Positions 24,658-37,948 of a stretch of 64,000 bases of DNA are shown in pieces. Each line of letters opens with the position of its first letter. The first letter of the stretch is position 1. The stretch comes from Lama guanicoe (lineage: Eukaryota): assembly GCA_013239625.1 (NCBI GenBank), contig MU056216.1, positions 11,256,729 through 11,320,728 of the forward strand, in the 5' to 3' direction. The notes beneath the pieces are model-generated. The model worked only from the letters and a program-made list of their open reading frames with translations, had not been told where the DNA came from and did not search any database. Position numbers and translations under genes: made by a program.

Positions 24658-26974
24658 TAACATTTATTTGAGCAGGAAGTATAGTCAGATTTTTATTTTA
24701 ACAGGAAGTAAGACTAATTTCATTTATTTGGACAATAAGGACTGATTTTACCAGCTAGGTAAACATGATGTAAATTGTATGAGTTGAATCTTCACCTCGA
24801 ATATTTTGATAAAAATATATTAAAGGTATGTCACAACAAAAGCATTTTTACTAAAAAAAAACCCACAGATTATATTGGGAAATGTTTATTGAAATTAATG
24901 TTCCTATTTTCCAAGTCCTTTTTGAGTACATAATATTAAACAAGTTTCTCCCAAGTGAAGGAGTAACAGATGTAATTTAATTATCATTTGATAAGACATC
25001 CCTTTTTGGCATATTTCTCAGAAAATAAGACAGGGAATAACTCAATAACTGGATGACAAACCATCTAATTATTTGCTTTCAATAAAACTGAAGGCATACC
25101 CAACCAACCGTCTGCTGATCAATCATTAAAAGTCGCCTTGTGATTTTTGGCATAAAACTCACAAAGAGTTCAGAGTATTGAATGACAGTACTATACTAAA
25201 ACTCCTTTCATTCACATTGACTTAATTATGTGAACAAGGCTTCTCAACACTAGCATTTATAAATTGAAAAAAAGAAAGAAGCAGGAAAAAATTGGTGCAG
25301 AATGTGGTCTCATTCCAAAAATAATAACACTCAAATCTGGAGACATAAAGTGATTGAAAACAAAACAACCTCATTTATCTCATTAAGATGCAATTCCAAA
25401 AAAATTCACTTTTTGCGTTTAGCAATCACTAACATTTGTAATGTATTTATTGCTTTGAGCAATTCTGTACCAAAAATAATTGTGATGACTCAATACTTAG
25501 GGTCATATAACATGTTTAAAAATTAATTTCAATTAATATACTGAAATCGTTGCAAAGAAATATAATGGAGTGATCAATAAATTGCTTTCAAACACAAAAT
25601 ATATTAGAGCAGGGTAAAATTCTATGGAGGAAGTGGAGCAGAAGTAAGAGTTCAAGAAGGAAAGAGAATGAAATATATTTTCTATTAAAGAAGAGCTTGT
25701 TTGTATACATTTTTTAAAAGGACCAGAGTGAGTATCAATTTGCTTAAGGTGGTTATATTTATAACCCATTGCTTATATTTAAAGAAATGATTTAACGGTT
25801 TTGTTTTAAAACGTCAATATTTAGGAGGGCCTGGAAGTTTTATGTTTTACAACTATTTTAATTTATGATGAGAACTTAACTTTTCTGTGAACTTAAAAAA
25901 TACATGAATTTGAGGACCACTGACCTAGACTCCGTAAGTACCCATTTGGTTTTGGCTTTCATCCCAAATGTTTCTTCTTCAGACAACCGTTACCATCTGG
26001 GAAGCTGGAGTAATCGTTACTGTCAGATGGTAAATCTCCCAGTTAGGGGACATAATGTGACTCAGTGGGATAGCCAATAACTCAGGAATCAAGAGTCTTG
26101 CAGCCCTGAACTTTTTGGAATTCTGTCTTATATTATGCTGAGGAAAAAAATGAATGAAAAAGTTTGAGGTAACTTCCTCATGCTAGTCACTGGTCTAGAG
26201 CTTTTAATGCGCCCTCAGAACAACTGCCTTAGACAGGAATCACCCTTCCCACTTAGCCAACCATAAAACTGAGCCCTAGATGGCTTGTTTCTCGCCTAAG
26301 GCAGCAGAGAGAATATGAATTAGAGCAGGGAGCTGAGGTTGGAACCCATTTCTGCCTGACTGCACTTCCTCTGTCTTTCCAAGACTCCATTTGGCTTCTC
26401 AGTAACATGAACGTTTAAGGTGAAAAGACGCTCCATATTGGAAACAATTTACGGAGTAAACACGGGCAAGTAAAGGTCCTCCATGCTGAGTTCCCCCTTA
26501 CCACCGATGCAATGAAGGATGGCAGGGCTATCCACACCCTGCCCTCCCTCAGCCACCAAGGAGCTTAGAGAGACAGCGGATGGAGAGAAATTTCCACCAC
26601 CCTCGGTTCAAGTGGAATTGGAGGAGAAGTTGCTTTAGGAAGCAGTATTTGGAGGAGTGAAGGTAAGGGTAAGGGGACGGTGGCCTTGTTCTAGCCTCCA
26701 AGACTAGTGTTAGTGATGGGAGTGCTAACAGTGAATCACTTATCTATTCATTCCGTCTGCCTACTATACACCAGGTAATGGACTCAATTCATGCTCCATG
26801 TTTAGGTAGCACAATTCTATCAATAATATACTGGCTCTAGAGTAAAGCACAATACACAGTGACTTTATGAAGGATTCGTGTGTTAATTTCCTAATTTTTC
26901 TGTAAGAGATTGGGACACTGGAGGGCAAACCCTCTCTGATGCTTAGAGGAGACCTGTGTGCGCAGTGGGTCTTA

Positions 26975-27187
<213 letters not shown>

Positions 27188-27984
27188 TTAAGTGTGGCAA
27201 ACTAGCATATTTTGATCAATAGTTTTAATAATTAAACTAATTTTGTGAGAGGCAAACATTTTGAGTAGGAATTTAGAGTCTAAAAGAATGAATACCAACT
27301 TGTGACATCTGCTAGGGAAAAGGGGAAACTCAGTTTAATTATCTGAGTTTCCTCCCTCTACTGTTTTTCTTGAGAATTCACACGTGCTATTTTAAAGAAT
27401 TTAAGCAATACATGAAAAGTAAAGAAGATAGTTCATTTGAAATTCTATCATCTTAAGATACTATCAATGTTTTAGTGCCTGACTTTTCATGAGTCTTGTA
27501 TAAGCATGCAAACTGATTTTACACAAAAGGGGTCATGGCTTATATGCCAGGTTCTCTCCTGGACCCTTCTCCTTGCTCCTGCCAGTCCCTGCTTGTTATC
27601 CGTCTCCACCACCCCCCATCCTCCCAGGCAGCCCACGTTAAGGACTGTGCATGTTTCTTTCCAAACTGTTATACTTGCTGATATAATCAGATACAGGTGG
27701 ATATAGATGCATATCAATACATTAGAGTTTGGTTTTTCGTTCTCACCATTGTGTTTTACAAAAATGGGCTCATCTCACACAAAGTGCCCTTCTGTTCTGT
27801 CACCTAATGGCATCATATGGGAAACCCTTCTAACCTGTCTGGTCCAGCTCTAATTCATCCTTTGCGTAATGGTGCAAGACTGTGGTATAGACGTTCTTTA
27901 AAGCCGTGAGAGTGGATGAACTCAACAAGGGAAGGAGTGTCATTAGAGGAGGTGACGTCTAAAGGCTGAAGCCCAGGGTCCCCC

Positions 27985-28089
27985 AAGTTTGATTTCGGGC
28001 TTCTGGACTCCAAAATGTGAGGAAATGAATTTCTGTTGTTTTAAGCCACCAGTTTGTGGTGATTTATGGCAGCCCCTGGAAGGAATACA
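27985..28089 (+). mobile_element. MLT1C/D LTR 3' end
   Basis: AATTTCTGTTGTTTTAAGCCACCAGTTTGTGGTGATTTATGGCAGCCCCTGGAAGGAATACA. Confidence 0.7.
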
Positions 28090-29689
28090 GCACTTAAGAG
28101 CCCAGGCGATAATAATAATTCAGTAGCAATTAGCTCAGAGTCGTCATCATCAGCCTCATCCTATTTTGAGACCAAAGCTGGGCAGCGACCCCTCAGGCCT
28201 GCCTTCTGGAGGGTGACCCTTCCAGCAGCGGAGGAGGAAGTAGCACAGAGCAGCTGTTAGAGACTCAAGACTGGCTACGAAGGGGCAGACTCCCCCAGGG
28301 GAAGCGGAACTCTGGAGGCAGAAGCAGTGAGACCTGGTCATCAAATTGAAGTGTCAGTGAGGCTGCCCTCCCTTCTACTTGGAGCAGCTAGGACCCACCC
28401 CTCCCCGCAACTGAGTTTCTAAAGTCTAGGAGGACAAGGGGTGTAACTGCGCACATTTTGAGCTTGAAGCCCTTTGGTGACATCCAAATGCATCTGGTGG
28501 ACGGATGGATATTTTAGTCTGAGAATTAGGGAGAGCGTCTGAGTTAGAGGTAAAGATTAGAGGGCCATTCATAGCACCTGTATGTAGACTTGAAGCCCTG
28601 TGGCAGGATGTGGCCGCTCACACAAGGCAGGTAAACCAAGAAGAATAAAGCTTGGAGTACTCCAGCTTTCCCAGACAAGAAAAGGGTGAGTGAGCAGATG
28701 GTGAAAGAAACCAAGACAGGGTGACTGGAAGAGAGGGCGAGATTCAGGAGGGCTGCTGTGGGGCCAGTCCTGGGGAGGAGGCTCTCCACCACTGCCCCCC
28801 TGCCCTGCCTCTCCTCTTTGCCTTGACGCCATAGAGAAAGTCAGTGTTGTAAATATTTTAGTATTAATTACTTTCATTTGCTATCCTTAATTTACAAAAG
28901 GATGAATGGAATGAAAGTACGCATTTCACTCATTCCTGGGAGACCGCAGTTCTAGGGAATTTGCAATTGAACAGTCCCCACTGCTCTGCAGCCTCCAGGG
29001 AGCTACAATCACCCAGCTAGAGGGCTGTGGTGGGTTATTATTGCCGTGAGGAAGGCCAGGACGGAGCTGACTACACAGTAATCATGCCACTAGCATCACA
29101 GCTAGAGTGGCTCTGCCCTGGCTGACATAAAAAGCTGAGTTAGTAAACCAGCTGCATTTGCATGCAGAATGAGTATCAAAAGCACTGCCTCTGTCAAATA
29201 CAAAATCACTTTGAAAGAAAAATCAGTGAAGGTTAGAAGCGACAGCTGAACAGGCAGAGTTCCCAGCCCCTGCTACAGACACGTGGGGGACGGCTGCCTC
29301 TGCAGACCCAACCGGGGGGTCGCCTGTCTGCGTCCTGCAACCTCCCACCTTCCATGCTGGTTCCCAGATTCTGCCTGGGACCAGGGCTCCCGCTGAGTCT
29401 GCTCTCTTCAAAGCTCCTGATCTCTGTTCCTTCTTTGTCTTTGGCCTTGTTCTCCTGAAGGCACAAGTCCTTTTCTCCTGTCTCCTCCTGGGCATTTCAT
29501 GGAGTATTTAAAAGCACCTGAGCGTTTTAGGGAGAGGTTTGGCAGAAGGTTTGGCATAGAGCTGGGAAGAGACAGGTCATGAACACTCATTCTCCCTGAC
29601 TCCCAGCCTCTCTTTAAAGTGAGTCCCACCCATAAGAGCCAGACACACACCCTTAAAGACGCAAGCAGCCTTGCCCTGGGTATCCCATC

Positions 29690-29980
29690 CCCAGGAGAGG
29701 CCCCGCCCCCGCCCCGCCGGCTGGCAGGGTCCGCAGACTTACTTGGCTGGATCTTGTGCCCATATTGAGAGGGGCACAGAGCCTCGGGCCCAGGCTGTGC
29801 CATTCTTGCCCCAAGAGGCCGTCGCGGGGCCCCTTCTGCCAGCTGGACTGGGCGCTGCACGGCTGCATTGTGACGCGTCGCCATGGAGAGGAGGTCGGTT
29901 CAGCCACTCAGCCAGGGGCGCACGTGGAGCGAGGTGCAGGGCGCTTACCCAGGCCGGCTGGGGGACCGGGTTCGGAAAGC
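29690..29980 (-). promoter_or_regulatory. TEX26: TEX26 promoter (small CpG-rich region)
   Basis: CpG-rich patch around exon 1. Contains a CRE half-site TGACG (29871), an RFX X-box-like GTCGCCATGGAGAG (29877-29890), an E-box CACGTG (29921-29926) and GC boxes at 29700-29718. Confidence 0.65.
29743..29803 (-). CDS. TEX26: TEX26 coding exon 1 (61 nt)
   Basis: MAQPGPEALCPSQYGHKIQP resembles the recalled TEX26 N-terminus (MEQPGP...LQP). Perfect donor A|gtaagt, phase 1. Confidence 0.88.
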
Positions 29981-31389
29981 AGAAGGATGTGTTCCCAGTA
30001 ACATGAATACCTTACTTTCGTGTACTTGTATTGTTCATACAATGAGCTTTCCTGCGCATTGTCTTGTGTAACTGGGGAGAGGAGCACGGAGAGATTAGAC
30101 TGAAGTGAGCACAGGAATTAGCAGAGGAAGGAAGGTGAGAGAAAAGTGTGCTTGGAAAGAGGAGAGAGCAGGGATGTTTGTGACACCTTTCTTCTCCCAA
30201 GGCCACGTTCCTGGTACCGAAAACCGTGTTTTGTGATTATCGATTGAACTGATCTTCCGTCCCCACAGATGAAACTGTCTCCCACCCCTAAGTATGTTAG
30301 AGTTTTCCCATCATGTGGAGTGCCTTTTATATTCATATTTTTGGCACCTACCTGAAAATCTGAGGCATAGTAGGTGCTTAGTAATATTGAATGCCTCCAG
30401 GTTAGGACACAGCTGTTACCCACGTGGGTGCACAGAGAAGACAGTAAGTGTGCGTTGGAGATTGCTGGCAACATGTTTAGAAAGCAATTTACAACCATCC
30501 CTTATCCTTTCAAGGGGTTACTCTAACATAGGACCTTAGGGGAACAGGGAGGTGTAACAGAAGGGAGTTTATCAAAGGAGACAGAATAGGCATCAAAGTA
30601 AGGATCCCACGAATATATGCAAGGAGTTTCTTCAAAATGAAGCGCTACTAGCATTTTCTGAGAGTCCTATCCATGTAATGGAATGAATGCAACACATTGA
30701 GACTCTCAGATTTAGAGCAGTGAATAGTGGGACACATGAGGAGACCTAGATTTCTGTAGATGTTATTAGAAGGGATGAGTCTAAGTTAGGATTTAGTAGT
30801 GGCGTCTAAATTAAGAAAGTAACACCCAATAACAGATTATCGTCTGGAAATAGAGCTAATTGGCATGGCATAATTTAAGAGAACTATATTTTAAAAATAG
30901 CACAGTGAGTACATAGAGTTTTAAAAGTGAATTTTTATTAATATCCTACATTTGCCTCGTCTGAAGCAAGCCGTGCAATGGTGGGGTACGCACTGAATGA
31001 GAGTCAGAAGACGCATCACTTTCTAGCCGGGAGCCTCGGGGAGAGAGCAGACGCTGCTAGGAGCCCCAGCTCCCTTGTCTGTAAAGTGAATATACGAGAA
31101 CGTACCTCACTGGGCTGAAAGGTGAATAATTCTAACGACAATTTATAACCCTTCAAGCCACACAAACCAAAGCTGTTGCCCTTTTGTCTTACTGCTCTTC
31201 TGATCTCCATCCTTTTTAGAATCTTTCATTTCTGCTTCAGAATGGATTGCTGGGATGGGCCCATTGCATTGTGAGCAGTACAGCACTCTGCCTGCCTTTG
31301 GATTTGGATTCCTCAAGGCAACTCTGTTCAAGGATTAAGCAGAATTCGTTTCCTTTCTTCTTCCCCTCAACAAGTACTGAGCACATTGA

Positions 31390-31750
31390 GGGTAATGCCC
31401 GGTACCACGGGACCCCGGGAGGCGGGTCCCGGGAGAGGAGCTGCCTGCACTGAGCGCTCAGGTGAGGGGGGGGAGGGGCCACAAGGCCCAGCAGGCGCCC
31501 AGGAGGCGGGAACGGCCTGCGCCTGCGCACGCCAGGGCCCCTGACAGCGCGGTCCCTCCACACTGCAAAGGGGACGGGGAGCTGAGCAGAAGGCTCTGAA
31601 GCCTGGGCTCCACCTGGACACACAGAGAAGGCGCTGAAGTGGGTTAGACGACAGAGCGGGGTCAGGTCAGTTAGTTTAAGTAAATCTTGGGCTCTTCTCC
31701 TGGAGCAAGAGAAGCGAGGTTCCGTATCCCGCCAGAGTGAGTCAACCATA
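31390..31750. promoter_or_regulatory. Small intergenic CpG-rich element with NRF1 and E2F motifs
   Basis: GGCGGGAA (31505-31512), TGCGCCTGCGCA (31518-31529) and TGAGTCA (31738-31744) within locally CpG-rich sequence. Confidence 0.5.
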
Positions 31751-32762
31751 CAGGTACAAAGACATCTAGGTCACCAAGATGGCTCTTCCAGTGTTTTGAA
31801 TTAATCAAAACCAACTGAAGGTAGTTACACTGAATGGGTTAAATGTTAAGTGGTTATTTCCAAGTGAAATGATTACAATAAATTTCTCTCTGCCACACAC
31901 ACTACAGAGGGAATGTGATGAATAGTAGAGACGGGGTGGGTGGTGGCGGAGGGGACAGCAAGGATAGAAATTTGGGCTGTGAGGGAGGAAAGTCTAGCGG
32001 GAAAGAGGGAGTGGGTCAGGTAGACAGTTACTACTTGAAATGAGGGAGGACTAGCCAAGTTCATAGGCCAAGGGGAAGGAGCAGGGAGAGAGAGAACTTG
32101 ATGCTCCAGGAGAGAGCAGGTGGGGTCTGGGCCCAGGGAGGCAGGTGTGCCAGGAAGCTGCTCCCCGCACCGAGCGCACCCACCGCCACCCGGGCTTCTG
32201 GCCAGAACACAGGCCAGTGTGTCAGCTCGGCCAGAGAGTCTGCTTTTCTAACCAGATCCCCAGGTGATCCATAAAGTATGAGAAGGGCAGGTAGGTCTAG
32301 CGCCTTGTCCAAGGGCCGGCAGCCTGGGTACCACCTGGGAAACTGCTAGAAACGCAGCAGCTCAGGCCCCACCCAGACCTCCTGCGGCTTAACCGCCAGC
32401 AGACTCCTGGGCACCTTCAAGTGTGAGGAGCTCTGCTCCAGGCAATGGGAGAGGCAAGTTTGTCTCCTGAATGAGAGGGAGAATGGGAAAGAGTTGATGG
32501 GAGACTGGGTGGATGGCTGCGTCCAAAAGCCCAGAAATGGTCACAGACCTTCCTTAGCGATGCCACGTGCTTTGGAAACAGATTTCCCGAGTGAAGTTTC
32601 TCTCTCTGGCTTGCTTGTTACATTTGGGGCAAAGACTTTCTATTACTATGTAGTATGTGCTTTTATTCAAGTGTCTTCATGTTAAAAAAAAAAACTGCCT
32701 TTTCTTTTTGTTTTGGCTGATTGATTAATTCATAAAACATTTTCTCAATTTCTGTGATAGAC

Positions 32763-33178
32763 TGTATTATTAAGGGTTCTCTAGAGAAACAGAACCAATA
32801 CAGCGTGTGCTTACAGAAAGAGATTTCGTTTAAGGAACTGCCTCACACAGCTGTGGAGCCTGGCAAGTCCTAAAGCTGGCCAGCAGGCCAGAGACCCAGG
32901 GCAACTCTGGGCAGATCCGACCTTGCAGTTCAAGTCTGAAGGTCATCTGTGGAGAATTTCCTCTTGCTCAGGGCAGGTCAGACTTCTGTTATATTCAGGC
33001 CTTCGAATGATGGGAGAGGCCCACTGGCATCGTGGAAGGCCATCTGCTTTACTTAAAGTCCACTGATCTCAATGTTAGCTTCATCCAAAAACACCCTCAT
33101 AGAAACATCAAGAATAATGTTTATCGAGACATCTGGACACCGCAGCCCAGCCAGACTGACACATAAAATTAACTATCA
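32763..33178 (-). mobile_element. ERVL solo LTR (MLT2B-like)
   Basis: TGTATTATTAAGGGTTCTCTAGAGAAACAGAACCAATA...GACTGACACATAAAATTAACTATCA, near full length. Confidence 0.85.
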
Positions 33179-33599
33179 GAGATCCGTGTCTTCCTGAGGT
33201 CATCTGGTTCATATCTGCCACTAAGAGGGGTTGAGGTTAAGCAGTCCATGAATGAATGCTATCCTTTCATTGAAAAAATCCACGGAAGAAAATTCTGTAA
33301 TATTCTCTATTTTATTAGGATAGCCCAGTTTAATAGGGTAAATTCTAAGCTCTGCTTGTAGCTTGCCATTCACCAAACTCACTTACATTTTATCCAAATA
33401 AAGCCATGAGAGCAAGTTCAGACCTTGATTCTATCAAAACCTCATCAATCGTGTATAAATGTCACCTCCCTCCTGGGCCATCTCTGCTGTCTCTGATTCT
33501 TGTGTTTTGCTCTTCTCTGAACTCTTAAGAGTAATTACTAACACCTTGCATTGTTAGTCCTCTCAAGTTTATTCAAGCCGTGAATATCAAGTGTGAACA

Positions 33600-33900
33600 G
33601 TCATTTTAAATCTGTTATACCAGCATTTATCCATCCAAATGAATGTTCTCTTCTTCAAAGTAATCGTTTATTCTAATGACACCATGATTGCTTAAAGCAT
33701 TTTTGAAATTCTTTAGAAACTCCCTTTAGAAATTGATGCACATCCTTTTGAATGTCTTAAATAGGGGCGTAACTTTGCTCTTTGAAGATAGACTGGGTAT
33801 TTGAAACAGTAAGAAGAAACTTGAGCTGATAATTAAGGTAGGCAATCAAGTCTGGCAATGTTATCCTTTGGCCAAAAATCAAACTATAACCATGAGGTAA
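33600..33900. mobile_element. MARNA-like mariner relic
   Basis: TCTTCAAAGTAATC...TTTTGAATGTCTTAAAT...TTTGAAGATAGA...GCAATCAAG...TTTGGCCAAAAA. Confidence 0.5.
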
Positions 33901-34557
33901 TAAGGAAAAAACTCCTTCATTCTGTAGATAATGTCTGGATTTGCATTCTTATTGGAACAAATTAATAGCTTCCAAGGTGGCTCTTTCAACTGAGAGCTTC
34001 AATAAATCAGTTGCTTGAATAAATCAATCCTTACATGTTTGTTTTAAAGCTAAATTTTACAGTTATATTTCATTAATTTTATCTCCAAAACTGGATCCCA
34101 AGATTTTTAGATGCTTTCCTTTTTGAATCTCCCCCGTGGCACTTATTTGATTGTTCTTACTAGCTTATGCACCTTTACAAGACTGGGAGCTCCTTGAAAG
34201 TAGGAGCCATGTTTTAGGTACAATATACCAGCCTCGTGCACTGCACACAGCAGGCACTCAATCATACCTGTTGAATGAATGGATGATTGCTTAGGCCATT
34301 CCTGTCCTATAGATTTCTAGTGGTCTTAGTCTGTCAAAACATCGGAATCAGGCCACATATATCCCCAGATCTCTTCTACCCAGGAACATCTGTCCCAATA
34401 GACTTTTCACCAACTTTAAAGATTTCCCAATTTTGCTTCTTTGTGACATTTGCTAATGAAATACGTTAGCACAGTGTACATTTCTTTAGAGGGAGTCGAT
34501 AAAAGTTTGCTGAGTGAATTTCAAATGAGTGACTGCTGAGTCAACTGAAAAACAAAT

Positions 34558-34563
34558 TTTAAT
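34558..34563 (-). terminator. Candidate MEDAG polyadenylation signal (ATTAAA)
   Basis: ATTAAA on the minus strand about 1.5 kb after the stop, followed by U/GU-rich sequence. Another ATTAAA lies at 35388-35383. No transcript evidence. Confidence 0.3.
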
Positions 34564-36089
34564 GATAAAAGAAAGCTTTCAGATCTTTAGTCCATTCCTG
34601 GAGTGGTTCCCAATGGTTTCCCCAGATTTAACTACTTTTGAAAAATCTACTTTGTCAGTTTTTGTGAATAGGGTTTCTATTTCCTTTGGGAAGCATGTAA
34701 TATTTGATATTCACCAGTGGTTTGTTTGCTTTGGTATAACATTTATGTTATTGTTCATACTCTCCATTTTGCACTGAGCTGAGTAACAAATGTTTGTCCT
34801 CTTCTGTTATTAAGGAATAGTTCCCTTTTCTGAAACATCAGTATCAATTTTTTTTTCTTCAAATTCTTCATAGACCTGCTCTTTAAAAGGCTCTTCTTCA
34901 GAAAGTAGCCGTAAGACCACAGTTCTGCTGTGAGTTAGTAAGTTACAAGGCAAGCACACCCCCTGCGGAACCCAGGGAGGATCGCACACGCTTGGTCACA
35001 AAGTTAATCAACTCTATGCTGAATGCTAAGGAAACATTTAACTGCACAAATATAGTACACAACATTTCAAATATAAGTGAAAGGCCGATTAGTAGTGCTA
35101 TCAAAATGTATAATACAGAAATATTTTTTAAAAGGATACAAAAATTATACTCAGGACCCATACATCTTCCTCATTATTATATATGTAGTGAATCATTCGT
35201 GCAGGTTTTTATATGTAAATAGGATGATTTTTTTTTCTTTTTGAAGAACTCCACTGTAGCTATGAGATGAAAAATGTATTGATGTAACAACATATTATGG
35301 TAATGGTATAGCTTTCTTCAATTTTGCTTTTAGTGTTAGGAGAACTAAAAGCTTATAAAATACCCAACTGACATAATGTGCTTTTAATAAAGAGGACACT
35401 GCCGTATACATTACCCTTCTCCTGTCATGTCTGGTATCACATCACCTGGCCTCTTTCTACACAGGCCACGTTGATAAGAGGGAGGCCAAGGGAGTTCAAA
35501 TTGCAGGCAGTGGGGGGCGGGGTTATCCACCTGGCCAGTCCTCCAGCAAATCGTACCTTGAATGTTTCTCCTAAGGTGTCCTATAGGCAGGATGAAAAAC
35601 AGACTTGCCTTTCAAGGAGAGATGTCCTGGCTTTTTGCCCAGCCAAATTTGCAAGAGAATAGCACTGCTAACCCCATGCTTGCTGGGTGTGGGTTCAGAC
35701 AAGGATGTTCCAAGCAGAGGGCTGAACCCAAATTTATGAAGCATTACAGGGCAAAACCCAAGTCAGAGGGCTCCCACAAAGGCTGCCCGGGAAGTTCTCA
35801 GGACGCCAGGGTGTCAGCAAAGTGTTCAGGGTGGCAGGACCTGCCGCTCCCTCTGCCTCTTTGGAGAAGTGTTAAAAGGAGAGGACACCACCCCCCGCCC
35901 CAGGCCATGGGGCCAAAGCCCCCCAATCCTGAAGTCAGCTGCCAAGGCACTGCCCGTGGACATGGAAGAGAGGGGTGTCTGTAGGAGCAGAGGGCGGAAG
36001 TGCCTGCCTCCCACCTCTCTCTCGTTCCCTCAACCTTAGTTGTGGCGCAGGCCCGGGGAGCAGGAGGAAACCCCGAGTGTCCAGTCCAA

Positions 36090-36239
<150 letters not shown>

Positions 36240-37438
36240 TTATTACCATCACTGGGAAAACAAAACCATAACCCAACAGTGCCTTAAAACCCGTGCAACA
36301 CCCAGCGTAACCATTTCAATAATGAACAGCGAATCTGGCTTCCCCAGAAAAACTCAGAAAGCTGACAGAAACGTGTTGCTTTCTGTTTACCTGCAGGATG
36401 TGGATTGTCACCTGTTTTCTCCAGGGCCTGGAGATGCAGGTACCCTTTCTCATTTGATGACAAAAGGCCCACAGGTGGGGGACAGATGCTGGGACACAGG
36501 TCAGTTTTTGAGTGGAGATGGAGCTGGGCTAACTGATCACAGGGGCAGAGCCGGTGGAGCTGTCTGCTGGGAGGCGGTGGGGGCTGCTGCATCGTGGCTG
36601 GGCCACCTATGGTGCATAATGATGGCTCCGTGGGCCTTGAAGTGTCCTTCTCACTGCCCTGGAGTGGAAGTGGCCCCAGGGCTGGCTCAGAGGAAACTTG
36701 CAAGGAAGCACTGCCCAATTTCACATGCCCCACAGTGTCCCCAGGATGTGGGTGGACATCCGGGCAGCATATAGGATAGAGGGTGAGCAATAGTGAAACA
36801 GTGAAGCGCTGCCCAGGCTGCAGTGGCCAGTGGGTGAGGCTGGAGGGCGTCACAGAAAGGACCAGGCATCTGGGATGGCTGCAACCAGGCAAGGTAATCC
36901 TCCCCAAATAGGAAGAGCGTATAACCACCCACATGGCTGCCATGGAGCAGAGCAGAAGGGCATCTTTGTAGGAAACAACCAGCAGAGGAAGTTACAGCAA
37001 GGGGTTGGGGGGGGGAGGGGGAGGAGGGAGACACAGAGAAGCTCCTTTTAGGATAAGAGCGAGCTAGGAGTAAGCATTTTTGCTAGAAACACTGGAAGAA
37101 AGGAACTGTCATCAAATACAATTAATGAAACCTTTGGGTTTGTTTTTTTTTCTAATTTTTTGAAAACTGCAGGTTCATAGAGACTGGTGTTCTTTTGTTT
37201 GCTTGTTTTTGTTGTTTATTTGTTTGCAATCAGCAGCAGGAGTTCTGGTTCAAGGACATTGCCTTCCAGCCCAGACTAGCCTGGGACAGAGAAGGGCTCA
37301 GCAAAAGACAAATCCAGACAAGACCTGACTGATGCCACTTCCTTAACCGCAACAGACTAGTCCTGGGCGGAGGCGCTGGGTATTCAAAGCTAGAACACAC
37401 CCCATGTGATCTGTAGCATTCTCAAGAGTTCTTCTTTT

Positions 37439-37948
37439 TTTTTTTTTTTAACAAGTTTTAAAAACGTTTATTCTTTACTGGTGCCTCATTTTTTTTTTTT
37501 TAATTGAAGTATATCCAGTTTACAATGCTCTGTCAGTTTCTGGTGTACAGCATAATGTTTCAGTCCTACATACACATACATATATTCTTTTTCATATTCT
37601 TTTTCACTATAGGTGACTACAAGATGCTGAATATAGTTCCCTGGGCTATACAGAAGAAACTCATTGTTCATCTATTTTATATATGGTAGTTAGTATCTGC
37701 ACATCTCAAACTCCCAATTTATCCCTTCCCCCCGCCTTCCCCAACTGGTAACATAAGTTTGTTTTCTATGTCTGTGAGTCTGTTTCTGTTTTGTAGGTAA
37801 GTTCATTTGTGTCTTTTTTTTTTTTCAGATTCCACCTATGAGTGATATCATGGTATTTCAGCCACAGAAAAGAATAAAATAATGCCATTTGCAGCAACAT
37901 GGATGGACCTGGAGACTGTCATTCTAAGTGAAGTAAGCCGGAAAGAAG
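37439..37948 (-). mobile_element. L1 with 5' inversion and 3' transduction, in MEDAG intron 4
   Basis: L1 3' end on the minus strand at 37489-37858 and an inverted L1 segment at 37859-37948. Extra unique 39 nt with AATAAA, then a second poly(A). TSD at 37424-37438 and 37949-37963. Confidence 0.85.

Noticed and set aside
24780-25930. AT-rich stretch ending in a Charlie-like terminus (TTGAGGACCACTG)
   Set aside because: Possibly a hAT transposon relic, but I could not identify the other terminus or any transposase motif.
29408-29884. 158-aa ORF read as a single-exon gene
   Set aside because: Only the segment up to the GTAAGT donor at 29742 is TEX26. The rest is intron read-through.
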